From NCBI GenBank assembly GCA_965649765.1, contig OZ287748.1, positions 79,484,001-79,548,000 on the forward strand: a stretch of DNA of 64,000 nt, given 5' to 3'. Shown here piece by piece: positions 32,501-44,500 of this stretch (the stretch's first letter is position 1; each line of letters opens with the position of its first letter). The notes under the pieces were generated by a model that had not been told where the DNA came from, made no database searches, and worked only from the letters and a program-made list of their open reading frames with translations. The translations under genes and the position numbers were made by a program. The stretch comes from Bispira polyomma. Its lineage: Eukaryota.

Positions 32501-35500
32501 TCTACTTAAGCAGGATTTCAACTTAATATTGTAAGACTACCTCTATATAAAAGACTACCTATATAAAAGACTACCTCTAAAAAAAAGGGAAATGGAATTA
32601 ACAGCGTTCTACCTAAATGTATTTCATTGTAAATACTACCCCCCTTAGTTCCCTCCCTGTACACCCCGTCATCCTTCCTTATGACCATGGCTATGATTTT
32701 CGGACATCTCTATTTGTTAACTAATTCTGTTGTTGCACTTTGGAAGATTCCTTGCATCAATAAGGAGCATTAAAAATCTACAATACAACACACAACAACC
32801 TGTACATTCCAACTTTAACTAAAGTGTTAATAGAACTACTTACCCTGATATAAACCTGTGTATCTGTAAAGCGTGGGGGATTCCCCCCATCCTGGGCTCT
32901 AAGAGAGAGGTTATAGGAAGCTTTTTTCTCCCTGTCCAGTGGTATACATGCCAGCTTCCCGATGTCTTGGTCAATGCTGAAGTGGCCATCTTCATTACCC
33001 GCTGTACAATACAGTTAACACAGAGTTCATCATATGTGCACGTTATTTTTATCAGGCACAGCCCAATATTGTTTTCATCATAAAAAGGGTGCCACCATCT
33101 TAAAAATATGTAAGGCTTCTATGGATTGGTTGGAAGCAATTGACCCGGCCAAACTGAGGAGTGTCAAATTTATTGTTATCAAGCACAACTCTGAGTTTAT
33201 AGTGGCCATATCAAGGTTAGTTTATTTCACACTGTGCACAGACGTCCTTTTTTAAAAGACAATTATTGTTTACAAAAGTTTATTTTCTTTATTATCATCA
33301 CCATTTGTTATGGGTAATTACATTGTGATATACATTGCATTACAACCTAATGAGAGACAACGCTGTGTGATGCAAAATACATTAAAATTTCATTACTATT
33401 TCAGAATTAATACTTGTAACAAGCCATACCAGTGATGTAATAGGTGATCTTTCCATTCAAGCCTGCGTCTAAGTCCAGGGCTAACATATTGTAGACTGAG
33501 GTCATGCGTGTGTTCTCGGGCACCTCCAACTCACTCACAGTCTCCTTAAACACAGGAGTGTTGTCATTCTGATCTCCAACGGTAACCACAATGGTGCATG
33601 TGTCATACAGGGCAGGAAAGCCACTGTCTCGTACATAAGCTACAAAGAGACACTGCACAACTTAGTGACCCTAAAGCATGTGTTATCATTGTTAGTAGTA
33701 ATCTGTGTCACACAGCTTTGAAACCTCTCAAAGTTTTTTTTTCAAAGAACATTTATTACATTTTACAATTCTGTTACCTGTCACTTTATTTACCTACCTC
33801 TTTCTGGTACAGAAATAAATTTTGCCACAAAACATAAGTCTCATCATACCATAGAAGTATCTAACATGCTTTGTTAAAATTTGTTCTACCTTACTCTCTA
33901 TATAAATCAAATACCAATATCAACTAGAGTACTGCTTTGCAAATGAAAGGAAATTGTTTTTGCAGAGCAAAAACAAAGCGTCCCAATAAGACATTGAGCA
34001 ATTTTCTGCATATACCCTCCGAGCCCAAAATTCTGCCGAAATTGCTCTATCTGGCACCGTTTCCGAGATAAACGCAGAAATTCAAGTTGGCAGCCAAAAA
34101 TGTGGAGAGAGCGATTTTTTTAAAAATTAAAAAAAAAATATTCCCCCAAAAAAAAAAAAAAAATATTCTGAAAATGTCAAAATTTCTCACCATTTCTGAG
34201 ATATTAAGGATTTTTCATTTCCTTTGTTGAGATTGAGGACTTTTGCAAAATTTTGAAAATTTTTAAAAACATTTTATACCCTGTGGGCCCAAAATTCAGC
34301 CCAAATCGCTCTATCTCTCACCGTTTCTGAGATATTAAGGATTTTTCGTTTTCTTTGTTAAGATGGAGGACTTTTGCAAAATTTTGAAAATTTTAACATT
34401 TTTAAAAAATTTTTATACCCTGTGGGCCCAAAATTCAGCCCAAATCACTCTATCTCTCACCGTTTCTGAGATATTAAGAATTTTTCGTTTTCTTTGTTAA
34501 GATGGAGGACTTTTGCAAAATTTTGAAAATTTTAACATTTTTAAAAAATTTTTATACCCTGTGGGCCCAAAATTCAGCCCAAATCACTATCTCTCACCGT
34601 TTCTGAGATATTAAGGATTTTTCGTTTGTTAAGATGGAGGACTTTCACAAAATTTTGACTTTTTTAAAAATTTTGATTTTTTTAAATTTTTTAAAAATTT
34701 TGACTTTTTTAAAAAGTTTTTAAATTTTTTAATTTTTTAATACTGAGTATATCCTCTGGGCCCAAAATTCAGCCGAAATCGCTCTATCTCGCACCGTTTC
34801 CGAGATATTAAGGATTTTTCATTTTCTTTGTTGAGATTAGGATTTTTCCAAAATTTTGACTTTTTTAAAAAAAATTTAAATTTTTTGAAAAATTTTGACT
34901 TTTTAAAAATATTTTGACTTTTTTAAAAAGATTTTTTTAAATTTTCAAAATTTGCCCAAGGTCTACTAGATATATGCCACAAATTTGAAGAGAATCCGCC
35001 CAGTGGTTGCTGAGCTATAGCCAATAGAAAAGGCGGGAGCCGGTGGCCCCTTCCGCGTGAATTGTCTCCTGTATACAACATAAGGGAAATTTTTTTAGTC
35101 ACGCATTTTCAATTGGCTGTAACTCAGCAACCACTGGATGGATTCTCTTCAAATTTGGCACATGTATCCAGTAGACCTTGGGCAAATTTTCAATATACAG
35201 TAGACTCTGTGTAAGTCAATTCACTGTTATTCGATTTTTGGTACATTTCGAACCGAATCTCGTGCACCAACTTTCCTCACTATAAAATCACGGTCTAACT
35301 CGAAAGTTCGAAGCTTATTTTGTGCATAAATCGAACCTAATTTGCTGCCCCAAGTGTGTATTTTACACTAAAAACTAAAGAGATAATTTGAACCAAGCCA
35401 AAAACCTTTGGCAAATATTTGAAAAGGGATTATGACCACGTTTTTTGGAGCCATATTTTATCAATGCGGTCAAAGTTAAACAACAGATTACAGGGCTTTG

Positions 35501-38500
35501 TGTCACACATAAATCAACAGTTACACTAACCTGACCACTGTTTTATCCATCAAAGCCCTTAATTTCCTTTTAAAATCCACCTTTTAGTCATTGTTTTGTG
35601 GATTACATGGGCGCGGCCATGTTTGATCTTGTTGGTGTGATTAACATACGGTATAGCATCCATTATTCTCCCCGTTTCAAATTCAAACGATTGCAATTAA
35701 GGTAAACGACAACTTTCTTTGTTCTTATCATCACAGACTTTACACTTACCAAATATTTGCACATCTGAAGAAACTATTGTTAATCAATGGGATTACCTCA
35801 AATCCAATTAAAAATCACCAGTGTGTATAAAAAGAGGGTAAAAATAAGTCTAAAGTCATTGAGTCTTATAATTTCTATCTGCACTCATCTTTATGATAAC
35901 ATGGCAACTAAAAGGAAAGTGACATCTAAACCAGAAATATCAGGCACTGTTAGAAGTGGAAGGGGGAGGGAAAAAAAAGGATATTGCTGAAAAATATGGA
36001 GTACCACTCAATACTCTCAGCACTTGGATAAAAAATCAAGACAAAATTAAACAGACCTTTCAAAGTGGTCATCAAAACCTATCTAGAAAGAGAGTGAAAA
36101 TCGGAAAATTTGAAGATGTCAGTGCTGCTCTTTTCAAATGGTTTTCAAATAAAATGGAACAGGGTGCTGCTATAAGTGGTCCTCTAATGATAGAGAAGGC
36201 CCAGAAATTTGCTGACGACCTAGGCATTGAGGACTTTAAGTCTTCTCAGGGATGGCTGACCAGTTTTAAGGAGAGGTATAACATCAGGATCAGATCCATC
36301 CAAGGGGAAGAGAGGGCTGTGAAGATACAGGATGTAGATGCCTGGCACCAGACAGTGTGGACGGAAATATTACAGGAGTATCAAGCCAGACACATCTACA
36401 ACTGTGATGAGTCTGGCTTGTTCTACAAGATCCTTCCAAACAGAACACTGGCTTTCAAGGGCCAGAAATGTTCTGGAGGGAAGTTGTCTAAGGATAGGAT
36501 AACTATACTTTTTTGTTCCAATATGGATGGCTCTGATAAGGTGCCACTTCTATGCATTGGGAAATCTAAGAAACCAAGGGCATTCAGAGGTCATCTTACT
36601 CTTCCTACAGAGTACAAAGCCAATGCTAGGGCTTGGATGACCGCTGACTTGTTTAAAGAGTGGCTACAAAAGCTAGACAGTAAGATGGGCCTCCAGCAGA
36701 GAAAGATAGCCCTCTTAATGGACAATTGTGCTGCCCACCCCAAATCTGGGGGCCTGAAGAATATAAAGATGTTTTTCCTGCCTCCTACTTGCACCAGCAT
36801 CCTCCAGCCTATGGACCAGGGAATCATTAGGTGTTTCAAGCATTATTACAGAGCCTCAATCAATAAGAGACAGATTGAGGCTTTAGACAATGGCTCTGCC
36901 TTTAGCCTGACAATGCTGGATGCTCTAAGAGAGTCCCAGCTTGCTTGGGCTAAAGTTTCACAAGAGACCATTGCTAACTGTTGGCTCCATATGGCTTTCA
37001 GGGAACACGAATCACCTAGTGAATTTATCCCACCAAGTGATTCTCTGGTGTCAGGAATATCCAATGAGGACTTCAATGAATATGCAAATATGGACAATGA
37101 GCTGATCACCAGTGATATGCCCACAGATGAGGACATCGTTAAGGATGTAAAAGGACCCGAGGATGAGGAGGACAATGATGAGGATGAGGAGCCCATAGAA
37201 GAGCCTATCCCTTCTCATGATGAAGTAGAGAAGATGTGTCACAAGATGAGAAGATACATTGAGTCTGCAGAGAATGCTAGACAAGAGCTGGACTGTCTAA
37301 CAAAAATTGAGATTTTAGTGACCAAAACGAAAAATAGTTCAAAGAAACAGAGCTCTATATCTGATTTCTTTAAGCATATGTAAAACTGTGACCTCTGTAT
37401 GTTTTCTTAATTTTTTTAAAATTTGTCCACTTTAAACAAAAATGAGCTGTCGACCTTAATTTTAAATATGTAGATTAGAGTAGGGATTCAATTTTGCGTA
37501 AGAGGTATGTTCATAATATGTAAAAGTGCTTGTATAAAGATGTTTTCAGTTGTTTTAGGTGTCCTTTAATGTTTATATGTTGAAACACAATAAAAGTAAT
37601 GATTTGTATGATAAAGTTTATTTTATTTTGCTTTTATTGTTGAGTTTTGCGATAAATCACCTATTATCGCCCATTCACCTACAATCTCCGACGGACTTGA
37701 CACAAAGCCCACGAAAATTATTATTCGAATTTAGCGTAATTCGAACCAATTACCTCGAATTTTTGTGATTCAACTTACACAGAGTCTACTGTAGTGTCAT
37801 TACATTTCGACCAATCAAATAAGTCTTATGACCGAAAATGCGTAAATTTACCTCCTATATACAAACAAGCGCCCTCACGGGATGCTTAATAAGACTTGAT
37901 CTACTGTTAACTTCTACTCAGTTAAACTTAGTATTTAGAATGTTGAGACAAATTGGTCCTTTTTACAAAGAAATTCAACTTATATTGGTTCTAGCAACAG
38001 AGGAGCTACTGTAAACAGATTAAAATGGTTTGGGGAATAGTAGATTTGTGTCCAATTTTACACTGCTTACTGTATGTTTTGAGAATACTTTACCTGTAAT
38101 AATGTACTGCTTCTGTTCTTCTCTGTCTAACGAGACTCTAGCTTTAAGTTCTCCACTATCTGTGTCCAGACTAAACTTGTTGTCCAGCACTCCATCTGGG
38201 ATCAAGTACTTCAGCACAGCGCCATCACCTACATGAATATACAACATACAGAGTACTGTGGTCGGCTGTGGTCAACTAGGTACAGTTCTTCAGGATCCAT
38301 CTTTTCAGATGATCTCCACTTGGACTCAAATCTGAAATACCAAAGAGAAGTTCCAAGACCAATGTTACTACATACAAAGCTGTAAACCTTTGTCAGCCCC
38401 CATATCTGGCCTCACTGTTGTCTTTCAGCAGGCTTACCACGGGAAACAGAATTTCATTATCTTATACCGGGACTAGTAAAACGGATTGGATCCTATGCCT

Positions 38501-41500
38501 TCTCTGTTGCAGCACCTACACTATGGAATAATTTACCAACCAATATATGATCCCAGGAATTCCTATCTGGCTTTAGAATTGACTTTAGGACCCATCTCTT
38601 CACCCTCGCTTACCCTTCATGGAGATCTTTGTCCTCCATTTGACCCTGATAACGAATTTGCTTTGGAAACGGACTATGATTTCTACAACTCTGTCAATGA
38701 TATTGCGCTTTAAAAGATGCCTGGCATCAATTAGGCGTGTCAAAAATCCATCATATCATAATAAAGTTAAGCAAAATCTAATATTTGAATTTAGCACTAA
38801 AAGCTGTATTAAAATTAATGGTTACAAGTATAGGTTACTTCAATGTACAAGAAGCCCTCATTTGAGTAGAGTTTGACCTTGAGTTTTTTAATGGAATAAG
38901 GGCCCAGACATACAAAAATAGTAATGGAATAGATCAAAGGTTCAATGGAAACAACATACATTTCAAAAGAAATATGTTAAAAAATGAGTTTAGTTTTGTT
39001 TGGGTTTAACGTAACAATGCATACAACACACACCTATATCTCGGTCTGATGCCTCGAGAGTAGTTATCAATGAGTCACTGTCTTTATTCTCCATGATTGT
39101 GGCTTCGTACAGTGATTTCACAAACCGCGGGGAGTTGTCATTGACGTCAGCAATATGTGCCTCTAATAGTATGTAGGAGGTCCTTCTTGGTACTCCATTG
39201 TCTCTAGCACTCACGTTTAGCTTGTACACATCAATAGTCTCACGGTCAAGTGGTCTTGCAATGGTCAACAGACCTAAAACATCAAATGGAACAGGGAGCA
39301 TTAGGTACACTCTCTGATATAATTAAGTCAGAATGTTATATTAATGTTTTTACTGCAATAGCGCCTCAATCAATGACCCCGAATAAACATCTGAACTCTG
39401 CAAACCTCAATGGGGGGACATTAACTCGAACTTTAAAAAACTAGGAATGGGATCTTATAAGAAAGTTGTCTTCAGATTAAAATAATCAGGAATATATATT
39501 TAAAGAAAACTTTGGGTGGGCTGTTATGAAAGGATGGGCCTTTCCAGCTTCCAAGAGAGTTTCTTGTATGTTATATATATTTATTCTAAACCTAAACATA
39601 AGCTGAAGCACAATATATCCCCATATCTCAAAACACACATATAAATCAGTACTTCCTTAAAAAGTAACTTCTGTCCTCATTTGTGATTAATACAAAATTA
39701 AGGAATCTTCAGTTTAATTTTTTGAGCTTGCTACATATTTTAAGCTTACTGTAGTGAAATTTTAAGTTTTTTTTCTTTCATCTTTGCCATTAAACATATA
39801 AAATATGAAACTTACTACCGAGTGTATGGATACTTTTTTGATAGCGAGATCAAATCTTACCCATTTTTGGAGATTCAGCACTTTAGAGAAATTTTGTCAA
39901 TTTGCCGCTTTATAACTATGCTTCTATGAGAACAATTAGAAAACATGTACACTAAGAAAAACAGAGTTCATTCTACCTGTGTTTGTTTGCAGACTGAAGT
40001 GTCCCAAATCATTTCCAGACACAATAATGTACGAGATAGCCCCATTTTCACCCGAATCTCTATCAGTAGCAATCACATTCAGCACAGGGAAATGTAGGGG
40101 TTCATCTTCTAATATGTCAACACGACTCATTTCCTGGAACATTGGGCTGTTGTCATTACGATCTTCAATCTCCACTAAAGTCGTGACAGTAGAAGCGCGC
40201 ATCTGAGCCGGATCCCCAGGCTGGTCAGATGCTTTGATCACTAGACTAATTAATCTGATTTCCTCAAAGTCAAGAGGATGGAGAGTGATTAAGTCACCGG
40301 TAATTCTATCAATTTTAAACCAGGCTTCATTCGGCGACTGGGAAAGGATCTCATAATGAACTTGTCCAAAGCTTCCACTGTCCAGATCTGTGGCACTGAA
40401 TGTGTGAACGATGGTATTATTAGGAACATTCTCTCTGACTGTGAAAATCACTGGATCGTGTTCAAATATTGGCGTATTGTCATTGACGTCGGTTATGGTG
40501 ATATTTACATTGATGATGCTACTTTTGGGGTTAGTTGGATTGCTGTCTAGAGCCCGAATCTGTAGTGAATGGTGGGCACTCTCCTCATAATCCACAGGTC
40601 GTGCTATAACTATGGCTCCCGTCGTGGAATTGACAAGAAATACTGCAAACTTATTCCCTCCGATGATGTAGTAGGTCACTGTGTCACTGCTGTCCCCATC
40701 ATTAGCTTTTACATGGGCCACTGTGCTGTGAACAGACATGTCTTCTCGGATAGTTAACGACAAGTGGGCATCCTCAAACGTGGGTTCGCTTTCATTCTCA
40801 TCGTTAACAGAGACGATCACCGTGGTACCCGCTTGTAGAGGTACAACTCCCTGATCACGAACAACCACGTCAATTTCAAACGTTGACCTCTTCTCATAGT
40901 CAAGGACATCCCTTGTAGTGATCTTGCCCGTACTAGGATGGATATAGAAGTTTTCAAACACGTTTTCTTCATTGGTGTCATCAAAGATGAAGCTCAATGT
41001 AGCATTTTCTCCCTTATCAGGGTCTGATGCCGACACCGTGACCACTTCAGTCCCTTTGGCCTGGTTCTCGTCTATGTCCACCGCATAGTTACCGTTACGG
41101 TCAAACGTGGGATTGTTGTCATTCACGTCCAGAACTTGTACAACGACCTTGACCTCCGAAGCTCTGGATGGACTTCCTGAGTCGACGGCTCTAACTGTAA
41201 GTATGTGTACTTCTATGCTCTCTCTGTCCAAAGGCATCTTTGTGTGGATAATACCACTACTGCCCGCGACACGGAAGTAATCGCTATGAACAGACAGGCT
41301 GTACTGTATGCTATCGGACTCATCGCGATCGGAAGCAGACACTGTTCCCACGATACTTGACCCGTCCAAGTTTTCAGCTATGTAAAACAGATATTCATCT
41401 TCCACAAATATGGGACTGTTGTCATTGATGTCTAAGACTGTGATCACTACGGAAGCTGAGGATGATTTGGAGGGGACCCCTCCATCTACAGCTACCACCT

Positions 41501-44500
41501 CTAAAGTGTAAGAATCCTGGTTCTCTCTGTCTAGTTCCACCTTATTGTAGATACAGCCGTCATTAGGGAAGATACCAAACGTATTGGAATAGGCCCCAGC
41601 CGTCAATTTGTAAGTAAGTCTTGCATTGTTTCCCAAGTCAGCATCAGAGGCGCTGATGTTTGCAAATTTTGTGTTCACATCTGCAGATTCCGCAACACTA
41701 GCATAATATATGTCTTGACGAAACAAGGGTTTGTTATCATTCACATCTTGAACTTGAATATTCACCAATACCTCGGAGGTTTTCTGCGGACTTCCTTTAT
41801 CTTTGGCTCTGACTGTTATCACATGGGTCGCTTCACTTTCGTAATCCAGAAACTTTTTGAGGGAAAGTTCGCCTGAGATGGAATCCACCTGAAATGTGCT
41901 GGAGGTGGGCACCAGTTCATACAGGACCACGCCATTGTTTCCACTGTCTCTGTCATCAGCATGGAGTGTGTAGATGGGGATAAATGGGCCCACATCTTCC
42001 TTGACAGGGATGGTCAGTGGGTTGAGAGGAAACTCTGGAGAGTTGTCATTAACATCGTCAATAGTCACATTGACCTATCGAGAGATACAATATACATGTT
42101 TATTTATACTTGATTCCTTTCAGTTTTACTTTGTTTATTACCCATTGAAATATTTCATTTCTTATAATAAGATGAAGATTCAATTTCACCCATCACTGTG
42201 CAAAAAAAGAAGACATTTACAAAAGCAAGAAAGTCATGCTTTTTTATGATTCACATACTTTTTTTCTGATCAGTGGTCTAGGTTTATCAACAATAAAAAC
42301 AAAACAACCACACAATTAACACACTAAAAGTTTCTTCACACAAAAAAAGTAAAAGAGACGCTGTTATTGCAACATTTTTTACCTTTAACATTAGGTTTTG
42401 TACAACGTAGAGAATGAATATTAAAATATGAGCTATTTAGTAGATATTGAAGTAGCTAATACAAAACCTCTATTATCTAAACATGTTGGGAGAGCAAGAT
42501 TTTGTTGGGATAATAGAATGTTCGTAAAAAACAGAGGTATTTTAGTATAGAAAATAAAATTTGGAAGAGTAAAACTCTGTTCATAAAATTGAATATTAGG
42601 AAAATAGAAGTTCAGTTGATAAAGGTTTTTAATTTTTGTAAACAGATTTTCACATTTTAACAGACTGACTACTCACATGAGCGAATCCATAGTACAAGAA
42701 ATCAGAAGGCTGAGCTTGAATATTGAGCAACACAAATGGTGTAGTGTCGTGATCTAGTGCCTTGACAACCTTTATCTCTCCACTTGATGTAATACTAAAA
42801 TATGCATCTGGATCCCCTGATTCTATGCTATACGTCATAGCACTTGATGCTGAAAGTAATGGACATTTCATATAAACTACAGTCAAGTCTGTGTATGCAA
42901 CCATCTCTCTATTAAACTACAATGGAAAAGTCCCTAATCTACGTTTGATTTATTCTAATGCTCTATTCAAACATGTATGACAAGAATTTCACAAGTTTTG
43001 GTGTTATAACAAAGCTAACATTCTCTTACCATTTTGATAGTCACACAGTATACTTATTACAGATTGAATTTAAGAAAGAAATATTTCACTTTTTATTTAC
43101 CACTAAACTCTCCCTATAAAATCCCAAGGGTTTAAGAATGTAGTTTTTAGTTCAAAAGTTTAGGTCACATGAGTGTACAGAAAAATTGTGGGTGGGTTTA
43201 TTGAGAATGCATGAGGTAGTTTTCTTTAGGGCACCAAATTGGAAAATTATGAGGAAAACGTAATTAGACCAAAGTTATTGTTTTGATGAAGTGAATTAGT
43301 ATTATAGGGGATAATGCAAGATTTTAACTACAAACTGAATCGCTAGTTTCCCTTTTAAAACAAATTCAGCTCAAATTTGAGCAACCAGGAGTTTTGACAC
43401 ACCCCTAATTTTCTTACAAACTGTTAAAAGATTACTTACAGCCAGAGTAGTGAGCCAATACTGTGCCCACTGTACTGTCTACAGATCGATCCTCATCCAC
43501 TCTGAATTCGTACAACTGCTGGGTAAAGATGGGACGAGCCTGGGAGGGGTCAGCCACATTGACCTGAACCATGGCATTGCTTAAACTGGTCAAACCTCCT
43601 CCATCTTCTGCACTGACCGTCAGAGTAAAGCTAGTATCTGAGGAACTAAATGTACCAATCAGCTTCACTAAACCTAATAAATACACGTAATAACCACTAG
43701 TTGAAGATAACAGTTATAATCACAAGTAAATACATCAGAAGAGTGCCCATTTGACAAACTTCAAATCTGCTGAAACATTTAAAGATAATGGTTGATTCAG
43801 CCTTTTCGTTCGATACTCATATTACCACCATCTGTCGCTCTTGCTATTACCACATACGCGACATCAAAATAATCAGAAACCACCTGTCCATGGACACAGC
43901 GATAACTGTGGCAAATGCCCTTGTGAGTAGCCGCTTCGACTACTGCAACTCTCTTGTACGGAGCAACAAGTCACACATTAAAAAGCTCCAGTCCATCCAA
44001 AACTAACTATGTAGGGTCATTTTTCGCCTGGGTTGTCGCACAGACGTCACTCCTTACCTCAAAAAATTACCCTGGCTGCCCATTAACTCTCGCATTTTGT
44101 TCAAGATTCACGTTACTACATTTAAGGCTGTAGTCACTCAACAGCCCCCCTACCTTGCCTCCCTTCTTTCCTTCAGTAATGGCAAGAGAGGCAACAGACT
44201 CTCCGTCACTTCGGTCAGACCAATCAGAAAGGCGGGATTCAGAGCGTTCTCCACAGCAGCTCCACGGTTATGGAACAGTCTCATAATCAACCTCAGATCA
44301 GTTGACACACGTATCGGTTTTAGGAAAAAGCTTAAAACCTATCTTTTTAATCTTGCCTACCCTCCTTAGCTTCCCTCGTGCACGCTCCCACTTCCTTCCT
44401 TACGACTTTGCAATGTCCATGAACTTAATGATTGGACCAATGATTCTGCTGTTGCGCTTTAGAAGATGCCTAGCATCAATAAAGCGCGTTTAAAATTTAT

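Larger units (their letters stand above)
33922..37892. mobile_element. Non-autonomous Helentron-like (HINE/DINE-type) element with ~139-bp internal tandem repeats, interrupted by the Tigger
   Basis: aactagag end; subterminal aagcgtccc / gggatgctt inverted pair with a terminal hairpin at 37867-37887; 139-bp repeats (34281, 34420, 34559); ~80-bp inverted repeat 34947-35025 vs 35112-35190. Confidence 0.65.
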
